The notes below the pieces were generated by a model. That model saw only the letters and a program-made list of their open reading frames with translations. It searched no databases and had not been told where the DNA came from. This document shows, one piece after another, positions 48,014 to 61,967 of a DNA stretch of 64,000 nucleotides. Source of the stretch: the human T2T-CHM13v2.0 reference genome, Homo sapiens; NCBI RefSeq assembly GCF_009914755.1, contig NC_060929.1. One strand, given 5' to 3'. How positions within the stretch are numbered: the first letter of the stretch is position 1; the number at the start of each line of letters is the position of its first letter. The position numbers and the translations under genes were made by a program.

Positions 48014-48399
48014 TGTATTAGTCTGTTCTCACATTGCTATAAAACACTATCTGAGAATGGGTAATTTATTAAGAAAAGAGGTTTAATTCTCTCATAGTTC
48101 CACAGGCTGTACAGGAAGCATGGCTGCGGATGCCTTAGGAAATTTACAATAATGACAGAAGGCAAAGGGAAAGCAGGCACATCCCACATATCTGGAGCAG
48201 GAGGAAGACAGAGGAAAGGAGGAAGGGCTACACACTTGTAAACAACCAGATCTTGTGGAAACTCACTCACTATCATGGGAACAGCAAGGAGGAAGTCTGC
48301 CCCCATGATTCAATCACCTCCCACTGGGCCCCTCCTCCAACAATGGGGATCGCTATTGAACATGAGATTTGGGTGGGGGTGCAGGGCCAAACCATATCA
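48014..48399 (-). mobile_element. MSTA (MaLR) solo LTR
   Basis: Runs 'tgtattagtctgttctcacattgctata' to 'gccaaaccatatca'. TSD GCCAT/TCCAT. Confidence 0.92.
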
Positions 48400-48526
48400 T
48401 CCATGGTAACTTTTGCATAGGCTACTACACCAAAGCTGCTGGGAAGACTAGCAAGCAGCTTTGGTGTAGTGGCCTGTAATTTAGTGCTTTAAAATTTTAG
48501 TCTCTGTGACACTTTCGGTTCACTCC

Positions 48527-49350
48527 TGTTTCCGTTAGCTCAGATTTCTAGAAAACAGAGCTTGAAATAAAAGCATATTTGCTAATATCTTGTGGAGGAA
48601 CACCGTCCCAGTGAAGGAATAGAAGAGTTACATGGGGTAGGAGGGAGCGCAAATACAAGGTTGATATCCAGGGCAATAGATTGCTTGTTCACATGGAAGT
48701 TTTCGGACTACGTCTCAGGGCTATCCACTAAAACAGTGGTCCCCAACCTTTTTGGCACTTTCATGGAAGACAATTTTTCCACAGATGGGGTGGGGGCGGG
48801 AAGATGGCTTCAGGATGAAACTCTTCCCCCTCGGATCATCAGGCATTAGATTCTCATAAGGAGTGCACAACCTAGATCCCTAGAATGCACAGTTCACAAT
48901 AGGGTTCCTGCTCTTATGAGAATCTAATTCCACCACTGATCTGACAGGAGACAGAGCTCAGGTGGTAATGGTTTATCATCTGCAGCTCAACTCCTGCTGT
49001 GTGGCCCAGTTTCAAGACGGGTACCAGTCTGTGGCCCAGGGTTGCAGGATGCCTGCACTGAAAAAAGGAATAGAGAAAAAATACATCTGCACACTCCTGT
49101 ATTCTACTGTAAGTGAACTCCCTTACAGGCATTGATTTCATATGCATGAGTGAAAAGTATGTCCTGCAAATACCCAGTAAATTCTGTCCTTAGGAAAGCC
49201 CTGGGGTGATAGGTGTGAAGCACTTGGTAGAGTGTGGGACCACAGGCTAATGGCCACCTGAAGTCAACTAGACCCATCTAGCAAAACATAAAACAATGAA
49301 AACAAGGTCCTGGTGTCAGGTGAGAATTAGATAATTTGAAATCAGCTGAA
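48527..49350 (-). mobile_element. Ancient ERVL-class LTR (LTR16/33/50 group), interrupted by MER1B
   Basis: 'tgtttccgttagctcagatttctagaaaacagagcttgaaataaaagc' resembles the antisense end of old ERVL LTRs and lies next to ERV-L internal sequence. Confidence 0.5.
48734..49055 (+). mobile_element. MER1B (hAT-Charlie)
   Basis: Runs 'cagtggtccccaacctttttggcac' to 'gggttgcaggatgcctg'. 8-bp TSD CACTAAAA/CACTGAAA at 48726-48733 and 49056-49063. Confidence 0.93.
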
Positions 49351-49369
49351 GAAGTATGCATCTTGCATA

Positions 49370-51600
49370 CTTTGTACCACTTAAACCTGCATTATGTCTT
49401 CCCATTATAGCTGGCATCCATCATACAATATGTATGATTGATAAACAGTCTTAGGGTTTTGCTTGACAAGCATAATTTTAAAAAATTATTTCCTTTGAAT
49501 GATGGTCTTCATCCTGTCAAAACAAGATGCCCTTACTTTTCATCCGAAGGAGGAGGTACATATTCCCTTTAAGATAATGGCCACGTGCAATCTTTGTAAA
49601 GATTTAATACAGGTGACTTAGTGTACCAAGATGCAGTCGCTACTGCTGCTGCTGGTCCTGACTACAAAGATGATTTACCTACATTTGTGGTCCCAATTGC
49701 AGATTTCTTTCTCAGCCAGCTTGTTGGCTGGTTTCTAATAGGAGATTTATTTCCCTTAGTGGGCTACAGTGAATCTGCTAGGTTATTGCCACTTTTGAGT
49801 AATAGCAGACTTACAGCATGATAATAATCAGAATCAACTTATCTGGAAAACAGTCCTGGAGATCTTTCCTCCTGTTAGTTGGGAATAAATAAACACTCAC
49901 TAGATCTAAGCTATGGACTTAGGAAGAGACTTTAGAGCAAAAAAGGTAGGGTAATATGGAATTCTGGGCAGTCTGTTCATGTAATTTATTCATGCCTTCT
50001 GAACTTCCTTGAACATGTTCCTGAATGGACGGAATGGATTGCTACCTGACCCTTTGATATGAGAGATCTAGTAATACCCAGCTCAAGATGGGCACCTCTG
50101 GTAACATTATCACTTGGTCCCTAAAGTCAGGTGTTCTGTCTCTAGTACACTCACTAGCACACTTAAACATTTTTTTTTTTCCAAGCAAGGTAGTTTTCTG
50201 CTGTAGATGGCATGAACTTTTTCCAGGACCTTACTGGTCTAAACTGTGATTCTATTACTGGGGCCTGCTAGAAATTCCACATGGTATCATTGTCCTCTCT
50301 GGCACTACTGAATCTTACGTCTTAAAGTCTAGGAAGCTTGATCCACAGACTTCTCTTACTCTAAGTCTCACTTGAAATTGGCAGTCTTCCAAGTCAGAAA
50401 GGTCCTTTTGCCATAGCTCTGGGAACCAATAGGAGTTTTCTGCCAGCTACTAAATATATCTACCCCAGTTATATACTCAGGAACATGCAAATGATAAGGA
50501 GTCCCTATGGATGCATCAAATGTTCCATTAAGATGCAATTTGAACATATCTCTTATTTCATTATAGGGATATGATAGCATGTCAGGTCTGGTAGTATCAG
50601 TGCCAGTCAACTCAATTCATCTATCATTCCTTAAAAAGTCTGCTTATGCCACTTTCTCCAGCACACATTTATACAGGTTCATTTTGGAAAGAATTGGGAA
50701 TATATACTCTATGTAAAACTGGTGCATTTGCAAGGACTTTCCTCAAGGGGCCCTAGTCTGGTTTCTCTTTCAGTCAATGTGCTCTGGGTCTGTGAACTGA
50801 CTCTGACAGAATCTGGGTAGGGGAGCATGATACTTCATTGTAGTGGCTGATATGAATCTTTTGCTTGACAGATCTTGATTTTTTTTAAGTTACATCAGTC
50901 AATCAACACCTTAAGAGGCTCTTAAGTCTTGCCTCTAAGAACATCATGATTTATTATTCATCACCTGATTCTTGAGATGACCGTCCTAGCCCTTGATCAT
51001 CATGCTATTTTGTCCACCTAGCTACCACCAATTTCTCATTCCTAATTTCTTCCATTTGATGATCCTCCCATTTCCATTGATAGTGGGAAATCCAATCCCA
51101 TGGCAGCATGTCCCTCATCAAACTGCCTACAAAGCACAGCCACTTCCAATCTTAAATTTGCCAAATCTCTCCTTTCACTATTTTTTCTTGGCTTAAAGAA
51201 TAACCTCTAGGACTTTCTGAGAACCATTGTCAAGCAGTGGCTTCTCAGATCTTATATAGTCAATATATTCTAACATTTATTCTCCATGACCCTTGTGACA
51301 TTTCCTTAGTAATATTCTACATAGACTTTAACATTTCCACCTAATTTACTGTAAATCATGATGTCCACACTTCAACAAGTGATTTTAGAAAACTGTTAGA
51401 ACTGGCTCCAGGTGTCCTTGCTAGGGCATTAAGTCCCATATCAACAGTAAAAAACCCATGTCAATAAGTTCTCCCCAGGCACCACTATATTCTACTGCCC
51501 AACTAGTACCACACCATGAAGATCTGTTTCTATATGTGCTATCCTAGTCCCTGAATGTAAATACTAGTCAAGTTCTGTTATTCCTTTGTCTTATTAATAA
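49370..51600 (-). mobile_element. Degenerate, deleted ERV-L internal region (gag/pol remnants)
   Basis: ORF 50368-50610 contains VPEYITGVDIFSSWQKTPIGS, similar to the recalled ERV-L pol VPECIIGIDILSSWQNPHIGS. 50730-50820 resembles the ERV-L gag end. Confidence 0.75.
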
Positions 51601-51949
51601 TGTCTTTCTGGCTTAGGTATTATATAATTCAGAAAGATCTTTAAAGAAAATTCCTCAATACCTACCACCTAACTACAAAAAGTTTTTACTAAATTTACCT
51701 TATCACATATCTATCCATCCTTCTACCCATCTAGCAATGTATCTTGTTTATTTAATGGATTAAATGAAATTTAGTTTGCTTTTTTGTTCACACACTGAGT
51801 TGTGGGATCTTGAAGGGTAGTGACTGTTTAATTTATAGGTTATTTCTATAATACAGTCTTAATAGGGTCCTAGTATAAGCTTATTAAATTAGAATCATCC
51901 AGTATAATGAATTATTTGTTTTGAAGCAATGTTAATCAACTGTTTAAAT

Positions 51950-52165
51950 GCTAATAGTTAACATGGCCTAATAAAAAGCTTAAGCTTTAGCATTAGAAAG
52001 ATGCAATTTTAATCTTTTATACTTTGGCCAAGGCACTTGAATTCTCTGTTTTCTCATGTGTACTGGCCTGTAAGATTGCTTTGAAGAATGAGAGTCCTGT
52101 ATGCAAAGTCCTATATGCACAGCTTCTTGTATATAGGAAATAGTCAATGAGTGGCATCAGCTGTT
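51950..52165 (+). mobile_element. MIR SINE (degenerate)
   Basis: 'actttggccaaggcacttgaattctctgttttctcatgtgta...gtatgcaaagtcc'. Confidence 0.55.
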
Positions 52166-54589
52166 TGTCTTGCTGAAAGAATTTAATTCTAACCTTTTGG
52201 TTAAGATTAGGCTTATGGGTGTGTTAAAGTAAGGAGACAATAGAGGGGAGAATTTCAGTGTATCCTGTTGAGTAGTATATTATGAATTATCAGGCAACAG
52301 AAATTGAGACCAAACTTCTGATATGAAGAGTCTATATATGTAAAACCATTTCATCTACATTTTCCTCAGCACCTTTTCTGTGTGTTTGTTTCATCTCTCT
52401 GGATATGCATGGATATGTTCTGCTTAATGATGAGGGATCCAGTAAATCAGAGACTCACCGCTCATTTATTAACTGGGAAATACTAGGACAATTAACGTTG
52501 GCTTCTCTTGGATGTATTGTTAGATCCTTTCTGTCACCCCACCCACAGGTAGTTCTTTTTTTCTTTTTCTCACACGTACTTTGTCTTGGACTATAGCTGC
52601 TACTGTTTAGCTTGGTGGATTCTAGAAAATGCCAATGACTTGCAAATTTTAAATTACAAGATATATACATTAAGTAATATCCACATTACATACTCCCTCA
52701 AACTGGAATTTTACTTTTTGTGTATTGTAGGAACATAAGACAATAAAAAATTGGTATTAAAAACTGAGACAAGACAATGCAACAAATAACAATAACACAC
52801 AGTGTGTGTCACTTAATTCTGAAGCAAATCTCCCCTTCCCTTATATTAACTGGCCTATTTGATGTGAATGAGGGTATTGGTAACAATGCAATTTTCAAGC
52901 CAGGAGCGGAACAACATTCAAACCAACAGCTCTCCTAAGGACCCTAAAACTAATGGACTCCCTGTCAATATCTAAATCTTTGCAATCTTTTCCCAGAGAG
53001 GATGTTAAAGGTACAATGAGAGAATTAATTGAATGAGGAAGTAAAGTAGGATAAGCAGTGTAACATTGAACCAACACACTGTTTCAGGGGTTATGAAGCA
53101 TTGCAAATACAGTAGTCATCCGTGTTGGTAATAGGGCATTACATGTGATATTCCTATATTGCAGAAGAAAATAATATTCAAGGGACAGTTTGATGGGACT
53201 TGATATAGGTTTATTTTCTATTCCTAGAATATTATAAAATATTTATTTGACCTCCAGAAAACTATTAAATGAAAATTATCAAAGATACCTTGTAGTCAGT
53301 ATATTTGGCTGGTAAAGAGTCATAGCTATTCTTCTGAGTTCCTAACAAAGATGATCTGTTTTTAGTACAGCATTCTTAATTTTCTATCCTAGACAATTTC
53401 CTCATGTATGTATTTTATTACCCTTTAAATTGCTGAGGTCTGGCTTTCTTTCTGATTCCTTTAATTTCTGTTTCTAACACTGAGCAGACAATATTAAATG
53501 AATGTACAAATGAATGCATGGATTAATTAATGAATAAACACTTGTCCACATCACAAGCTTTTTTCAATCTCTGTCTCTGTAATTCCGAGTCTAGTTCTTT
53601 CTGCTTTCCTCATTAAACATTTGCATCTAAAATAAACATAAATCCAGTACTTGTGTTATTTCACCCATTCTGTTTGTTTCAAAATTTTGCATGCTATTTC
53701 AGCCCCTACTGGATAATTATTTCTTTGGATAGTGGAAGAAAAGCAAAACTTACCTGTTTTTGCACACATTTTGCTCATGTATCGGAACATATATCTGAAA
53801 AGAATTTCTCTCAAATTTGGATTTTTTTACTTGAGCTATTTGTAACCCCAATATTTGCATACTACAAATGAAAGTGAAAAGCATTACCACCAATAATGAT
53901 GTCTGTTTAGGTAATTTAACATGGAAATAAGGCATAAATTACATCTCTTCAAGGAAATAGAAAAGTAGATCTTTTCTGTCGCTTGGGAAAATAAGTTCCA
54001 AGTAGCACATGAAATGGAACAGTTTAGCTGTGTACATTAGTGTGCTTTGGCAATTGAACAAGAAATGAATGGATGGTCACTCTTTCAGTTCTTGCCAAAG
54101 CTGTTGACCTGAATCCAGGACTTATTGGAAGATAAGAGCCGTGAGGGTCAATCCAATTTGACCTTTTAATTCCTGTATTACATGAAGTCTCTCTGAGACA
54201 GGATGAAGCTTTTTTACTGGCGCTTCTGAGTACCATTCTAAGAATAGTTTTCTGCTTAGCACAGAGCCAAGGACTCTGATTTGGGGGCAGATAATGGAGG
54301 AAGGAGAATGTGTCTTCCTATCATTTTTTCTCAGGGGCTGGAAGCTATTTCAGCTTCTTTAACCTTATACTTAGTAATTTTTCCCTTGGATTCTGGGGAC
54401 AGGTTTTTTGGCAGTCTTAAATTACAGTGTGTTAAAGGTGGTGTAAATTTGTTGTGTATGGGTTCTTAGATTTGGCAAGTTGAAAATCATTTCTATCATT
54501 GATGACTAGCTATTTGATATTCTAAATCCCAGATCAAAGTTTCAGAAAAAAAACTAAAAGTGGAGATGTGAAAGTGGAGTCATGGGGCT

Positions 54590-55005
54590 ATAGAGCAACA
54601 AGCAATTAAGAGGCTTTCTGTAACAGGACAGGAGAAAGATGATGAGGGCCTGATCTAGAGCAATATCTATAGGATAGAAAAATATAGGTGTAAGACTGTA
54701 TACCTTGAGCAGTCTTTTTAAACAATTGGGAAAAATAAAGAGTTGAAGGTTGTCTTTAATATTTTTGCCATTAGCAGCTATGACAACAGCTGATACTATT
54801 AATTGAAAAGAGAAAGGTAAAGGAAGAATGAGGGATTTTTTGGTAGAGCTTAAGAAAAAAGATTTGGTTTGCTTAAAGCTAAGGTTGACATACTTATAAT
54901 TTTTGGGGGAGGATAACTTTGGGAGGTTGAAAATATGAAATTAGAGCTCAGTGAAGAGTTATTAGCTAGAGATACAGATCCGAAAATCACTGTAACATGA
55001 GTTGC
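54590..55005 (-). mobile_element. L2 internal fragment
   Basis: Purine-rich antisense L2-like sequence ('caggagaaagatgatgagggcctgatctagag', 'gagctcagtgaagag...gctagagatacagat'). Confidence 0.6.
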
Positions 55006-55105
55006 ATCTTTACTGAGTAACAATGGAAGGAACTAACTTATTCTTAATCTTAAGTGAAAAACTATAGCACACAGATGTTGACTATTTTTCCTAAGAATAC
55101 CATGG

Positions 55106-55490
55106 TGAGTGAGTCTGTTCAGGCTGTTGTAACAAAATGCCATAAACTGGGTGACTTAAACAATAAAAAGTTATTTTCTCCCAGTTTGGAGACTGCAAGT
55201 CTGAGATTGGGGTGCTACCATGGCCAGACTCTGATGAGACCTCTTTTCTTGGCTTACAGATGGGCCTCTTCTCATTGTGCTCACACGGTCTTTCCTGAGT
55301 GGATGGAGGGAAAGAGATATCTCCCTTTCTTCCCTTCTTATAAGGCCACCAACCCCATTGGTTTAGAACGCACCCTTATTACCTCATTTAACCTTAATTA
55401 CCTCCTAAAAGCCCTATCTCCAAATGTAGTCACATTGAGGGTTAAGGATTCAACATATAAATTTGAGTAGGATGCAATCCAGCCCACAGA
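55106..55490 (-). mobile_element. MLT1A0-like MaLR LTR
   Basis: 'ggctgttgtaacaaaatgccataaactgggtgacttaaacaa...catttaaccttaattacctcctaaaagccctatctccaaat'. This element explains ORF 55054-55470. Confidence 0.88.
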
Positions 55491-56769
55491 GTGAGCCTGG
55501 AGATTGAACCCAGATAGACTGCGGAAGTCATGCTCTTTACTGTTAATCTCATGATGCAAGCCAGTCACTGGCCTTGTTTACTGAGAGCCTATAACCCAAA
55601 TCCTTTGTGAATGTGGGGAAAACAGACAGATGGCATAGAATAGCACACATACAAAGGATAGTGATACTGAAAGTGGTAAACCTTAAATTGGGAATGCAAA
55701 AATTTATAAAACATAGTTCGTTCTCAAGAATATTACAGAAGTCTAATACAGACACACTTTAAATATATTATAAAAAGAAAGTTACATTTCATTGCAGTAT
55801 TGCTACTAAAACCTACAGATTGCTTCCAGGTACAAATCACCATCCGCAATGCCTAAATCCTTGTGCTTTGATTCTGCACACATGTTTTAATTTTTTGGGG
55901 GGAGTGGTGTCTGTCACAGAGACTGAAATCAGTTCTCAATTCTCACACAAAAGAAAAAGGGTGTCTGTTGGAAACACTTCTATATATGTGGAGCAAGGGA
56001 CGAAACACTCCTTAAAGCTCTGTGATTTACACAAAAATAATTACAAATACACATTGACTCTTTATACTTTCACAGGTATTTTTTAAAGGTGTCTTTAAGT
56101 GCTTCAAACTACATTAACATGTCACTGCAGTGTTATAACAAGAAATGTATGTTTTAGAGATAGTGTCTAAACTGATTTTACCATTGGAGGCTGAGTAGGA
56201 AATTTTCTATTACAAAAATAAAGATGATTGAATCCTGAGAGAAAAAAATAATAACTTCACAATGTTTATCTCCCACTTCTTGTTTTTTTCTGCTTCTAAT
56301 GTTTAATCTGAATGTCGTATTTGTGGCTGAAATAATTCATTTATATTTGAGTCTAAATCGCTCTGTTATGTGACTTCATGTGTAAATTTCAGAAAAACAG
56401 TCATTAGGCCAGTCCAAGCTTCAGGGCAGTTTTTGTAGATAGGTTCCAAAAATCAGTGGTTTGTCAAAAATTCTGACAAGTCTGTAGAATGTTTTGACCT
56501 TGCTTATAGTTATCCATGTCACCCCATCCACTGCTTCCTTGGCCCCATGTTTTTCTACTGACTGCTCTGTCATTAGGACAAGAGGGTGTATGCAAACCTT
56601 CACCAAATAATTGGGATGCAAAATATTACCAAGAATATCAGGAACATGAGAGAGAATAATAAACAAATGGCCATTTATCGAGCAATTAATATTTTACAGC
56701 CATCTTTATGTGACTTTTCATTTGCATCTTATAACCCAGTCACTTTGGTATGCTTAATATTGTACCTCA

Positions 56770-57020
56770 GTGAGTATGGTGGGTAAGGGTACTGACTTTC
56801 CTATCAGACAGGCATAAGAAGGTTGGAATTTAAATTCTGCTACTTAATAACTATGTTGTCCTGGGAAGATTTTTTTTAACCTTTCAACTTATTTTCATCT
56901 TATATAAAACTGGAAGTGAAAATATTACCTACCCCAATAGGGTTGTGGCTGGAATGAAATGAGCATGTCAATGGTTAGCACTTTTTCTAGTAAAAAAAAA
57001 AATCAACAAGTGATTGTGGC
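56770..57020 (+). mobile_element. MIR SINE
   Basis: 'ttctgctacttaataactatgttgtcctgggaag...ttttcatcttatataaaactgg...acctaccccaatagggttgtgg'. Confidence 0.7.
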
Positions 57021-59059
57021 AGGGTTCGCTAGAAATGTTGCGACTTGTAGAAGGCCACACATTCTGAATGAGGTTTGCTAAAACTTCAATGTTTTCCCCT
57101 ATAAGATACTTGTTGCTGAGTACAATAAATGTCTCAAATCTGCTCTCTGGTGTTTACTAGAGCCAGGCTGATTTTGATGAAGTGTACCTGTAGTCCAGGG
57201 TATATTTTAATGGATGCTTGGGATTTAAAAAAAAAAAAAGTTAAATGCAGAGTGCTGATAAGAAATAGAGACAGAGAAAGTGAAACAACTAGAGATTTGG
57301 GTTATAAATGGAGATACTTGCTGTCCTGTGACAAGTGCCAGAAATAGACAACTCTGCCTCAGGGGATCACAGCCATCTAGAGAACTCCACATCCACTGTG
57401 CCTGCTCCTCTCTCCTGAGGGACTCTCCCTGCATCTGCAGATATTCCGCCTACCACTTTCTACCTCAGCAGGGAGTGAATAGGTTTCTACTCTTTCAATT
57501 TCTGTATTGTTTCCCTAGTTGTGTAAATGTTAGTCTTATGGAAGTATGCCTAGAAAGAATATTAGTGAAGATCAAATTTCAGTGGCACATATATTTCAAT
57601 GTAAGCATGTTAAAAGACTTTGTCTGGATTAAAATATGGATGTATGCATGTGTATGTGCTTACATATAACAAAGAAAAGGGAAATATGCCCCAGTCATAG
57701 GAAGTTTCTACTGCAATCACATGCTTACATCATGATTCTTTTCCCTAGTTTATGTGCATGTATCATTTTTTAATTGTGTTCCTGGTAAAAATTCTACATG
57801 GCTTCTTACATTCTTAATTATTTTTATTTGCTGAATCACAAAATGTAATACATAAGTACCTTGTAAGTCTAGGGAATAAATTTTAATTGCTCACTTGTAT
57901 TTTTCTTAAAGCTAGAACATGCATAATAAAACAGCTTTTATTAAGCAACCAGAAAAAATCCTGCCACTTCATATTTTATGTATCTATTATTAATACTTTG
58001 TTCTGAACTATCCATTGGCTATTTACCTGTGTGCTACGATGAGTTTTTATGTTTGTCATCTCATGTATTTAGACACAAATGTGAAGTGGAAAGGGACATA
58101 TGCTTCTTAGCATGAGAGAGAGATTTAGGTGTAATTGGAGAGGAAATAGGGTCACCTGAGATCACAAGGCTGCCAAAATTGCAGGCACGACTAGGCTAGG
58201 TGGAATAAATGACTAAATATCATACTGAGAAATTAATATCCCCAGACCTATTCTTTATTATGTGGTACAATTGCTTTTTGCACTTTGAAAAATAGGTTGT
58301 TCTTGTGGTAATGGCTTTCTTATGAGCAAAGATATAAGAAAAAACAATGAAATAACTAACCATGGTCTGAAACATGAGTTTATATGAAAATAACCTTCTA
58401 GTCTCAGAGAAGGTACAATAGTAAATTGTGAAGTGGTCTTTGTCCAAGGATGACCTTGATAAGTTTCATCATATCCCTCCTCTTTGCTTGTCTCCTACTT
58501 CAATACCATTTTGAAAAGAAGAGAGAAACTTTATTTCTTCTTGTAACACTCAAAAGCTTAGTTATTTTCACTTCTTGAAAATCAAAAAGTAAGCACTTAC
58601 AGGTTCTCCTAAGTGCACTACTGAAGAAATGTTTAGAATAAATTCTTCTTTACATACATAACTGTTACCTTTATTTCATTTGCGTGCCTACAAATAGTAT
58701 CAAGCAGGTGATTGGGTTGGATAGATATTACATATATTTATTTAAATAATCTTTATAGGAAAATAAAAATACAGTATGTCATAGTGAAGCCTGATTTATT
58801 CCCAACTTTTTTCTGGGTTTGCACAATTTATTTATCTGACTCTTTTTTTCCTAAATGTAATCCTGTGTAATGGCCAAGTTCACAATAAACATCAGGCTTT
58901 TTGGTCTCAATAGTGTTCCAATGTTTCCATTCACATTGTTTCCTGATATTTTCCTGATTTGTACATTAAATATCTATTTTAGGCATAATGCCCATCATGG
59001 TATTTTTCATGTATAAGATTCAGCATGGGATATAATTATTTTTCAAATGAAAGTGAAGT

Positions 59060-59270
59060 ATGTGTGTGTGTATATATATATATGTATATATAATAAATGA
59101 ATGTATTTTGTGTGTATATATACATATGTTATACATGAATATATTTTATATATTTTATAAATTTATGTAGTATATCTATTTTATACATGTTTAAACATAC
59201 TATAAATTTAGATAATTTTATAACTTATAGATATACAATTTTAAAAATATATGCATTGTGTAATTTATAT
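59060..59270. repeat. TA/TG-rich low-complexity tract
   Basis: Direct reading of the sequence. Confidence 0.8.
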
Positions 59271-59631
59271 GTTTCGTATTTAGAGAACTAATAATCTGAA
59301 CTCCAGATGCCAAAGAGGGGCAGAAAAGAATTGGCAGGAAGTGTAGGAATAATAGGAAACTAACAGGATACATGAACTCCTTAGGCCTCTCCTTACCCTA
59401 CAATTTCTATTCCTGACAATATATTCCTCTCACCTTCTTAGGGAATCTGGGCAATTCACATCAACATTTACTTGTTCTTTTTGTTAAGAAGCATCCAGGG
59501 GAAATATCTATACATTCAAAAGGTCCATCTTATATTCACCAGAAGAAAATTAAATAGTCTAGTCCACCTTCCCAGGTAGAGCACTGAACCCATACATAGT
59601 GTCACACAGTACTTCTGTATAATGGAACACT

Positions 59632-59633
<2 letters not shown>

Positions 59634-59666
<33 letters not shown>

Positions 59667-59697
59667 AAGTGTCAGAGAGAGACAGAGACAGAGAGAG
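59634..59697. repeat. (TG)n microsatellite followed by a (GA/GACA)n tract
   Basis: Direct reading of the sequence. Confidence 0.95.
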
Positions 59698-60645
59698 GAT
59701 GGACATTCTTTATGAAATATACATGATCCCTAGGCATAATTCCAAGTTGCAGAGACGAGTTATACGTAGGTGTAAATAGTAAAGGAGCTACCCAAAGACA
59801 GTACTACATTTATATGATGTGCAGATGAGGAAAAAGAGGGGGGCGAGTGGAGAGAGTTGCATGTTCAATCAGAATAGGTTAGGAGGTAATTATCTTTTTT
59901 GTCCTCATCATTTGGTAAAGGCTTCATAGAGAAGAAAGTGTTATGGGAGCCTCTTACGTTTTCTCTACTACATAAATTTCAGGGAATGTTTTGGGCCTAA
60001 TGATTTAGCATTTATGTGATTACACTGCATTTTCAAATCTTTTTACTTGGGCAATGTATTTGCTGTTTTGCCTTATTGTGCAGGTGTATGTTATCGGAGA
60101 TGGTTCAAACTGCCTATTACATAGCACTTCATGCTTTGTTGGATGATAAAATAGAAAAGTTACAGTGATGCTTAATATTATCTAACTTACCTATCTCTTT
60201 TGAAAATTACTTGACCAAATTTCTCTTCGCCAAAATTTTTCTTGCACTTTTACATTTTAAAAAATTATAGCAACACCAGGAAACTTTGCTTTAATTAACA
60301 GGAGTGATTGGGTTCAATGAACCAACGAGATCATGGAATGAAATATCATTTGTATTAACCTTTATTCCTCGCTATCTATTGATCTTTCACCATGTTCAAC
60401 ATGGTTGAATATAAAAATGAGAAAAAATTAAGAAATGGCTGCTAACATTCAGAAGAATGGACCTGTTTCTAAACAAGTTCATAAATGAGCTAATAAAATA
60501 ACCAAGGATAAAAAGGTAAGAGTAAAGAGAAATCACCTCTCCAGGGAGGGAGTGTGGAGAGAGTCAAGAAAGACTTTATGGAATATATAGTAATTAATTT
60601 GTGCCATTAACAATAGATAAAATTTTCAGTCAAGAATTTGGCTTG

Positions 60646-60916
60646 TTGGGAGGCCGAAGAGGGTGGATCACCCGAGGTCAGGAGTTTGAGACCAGCCTGA
60701 CCAACATGGTGAAACCCCATCTCTACTAAAAATAAAAAATTAGACAGGCGTAGTGGCACATGCCTGTAGTTCCAGCTATTTGGAAGGCTGAGCAGGAGAA
60801 CAGCTTGAACCTGAGTGTCAGAAGTTGCAGTGAGCAGATGTTGTGCCACTACACTCCAGCGTGGGCGACACAGCAACAGAGGGAGACTCCGTCTAAAAAA
60901 CAAAACAAAACAAAAA
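60646..60916 (+). mobile_element. 5'-truncated AluS (Sx/Sq-like)
   Basis: Starts at 'ttgggaggccg' and has a (CAAAA)n tail. Perfect 14-bp TSD AAGAATTTGGCTTG at 60632-60645 and 60917-60930. Confidence 0.93.
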
Positions 60917-61967
60917 AAGAATTTGGCTTGGAACATAAAGTGACAACATTTCTGGAAAGATCTGAGTACTGGGTAGTCCATTTAGGCAGGACGAATAGAA
61001 GGAAATGATACCTTAACATCAGCATCAACTTCTATTGGGTGATGACGCTGTACCGTGCTGTTAAACCCATAGTGCTTATAACATCTACCATGATATTCTG
61101 CTGATGTAACTCTTGAAATGTGTTTAGCTGCAAATGCAAATTAGTGTTCTCCATCACCTTTGTGGATTATAATAAGCAAAATGTGGTTTAACATCTGTTC
61201 CATTCTACACTGAGTCAGTAAGTTGAAGTATGCTATAATGTTATTTTTTTCTTCCTAGACATAGGTTTCCTTGGAGAGAGATTTTTTGGTGTTATGTAAG
61301 AGTCTTTCAGATTTTATTTCTCCAATGAAATAAATAGGAAAGCTTTTTAAATCCAGTGTATTCCTTGTCGGGTCAAAAATTCAAGTCTAACCTTTCAGTG
61401 TTTTTTAAGAGCAAAAATATGGAAAATAAATTATACTGATTATACTCAAAGCCAAAATTTGCTCTCTATGTTCTTCTGGAAGTAGAAAAATTAAAAATTA
61501 TATCCCGTTTATCTAACAAAAGGAAAGAAGGAAAGAAACGAGGCATTTGTGAACTATATTGGGAAAAGTAGAAGTCCCTGATCTGCATTTAGAGATTTGT
61601 GCTACTTCTTAGTACATGCGATAGGGCTCATTTGAGATGTAGTCATTTGCATATTGATTTGCCCAGAAATAGAGAGAAAGTTTTCTTTGCAATTGTGAAG
61701 CACTGATCTGGTTATTTTTAAATGGGCATGCTTATTTGCAAAAAGAAACTTTTTAAAACACTGACTCACATATTATACTGACAATGAAAACTACAGTGAG
61801 GCATGAATGGGGTAGTGAAAACAGGTAAAAGTTATTGAAATGTGGTCTCATTCCCCTATGTAGATCTAGGAAGAGAATAATACCACTAGCCAAATATAGG
61901 TAGGATTGTGTGCAAAGGAAGTAGTATGAATGGTTTCAAAGCTGGTTGTTAATTTCACCCGAGAATC

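Noticed and set aside
50001-50020. p53 response element (gaacttcctt gaacatgttc)
   Set aside because: The second half-site is perfect, but the first lacks the essential core G, and the site lies in decayed ERV-L sequence.
54145-54164. Nuclear-receptor inverted repeat (gggtca-N8-tgacct)
   Set aside because: The spacing is non-canonical and a single short motif like this is expected by chance.
57280-57669. 129-aa ORF
   Set aside because: It starts at a non-ATG codon and has no recognisable domain or clear exon boundaries.
60389-60405. 17-bp palindrome accatgtt-c-aacatggt
   Set aside because: Too short to be significant alone in 64 kb, and a poor fit to the p53 consensus flanks.
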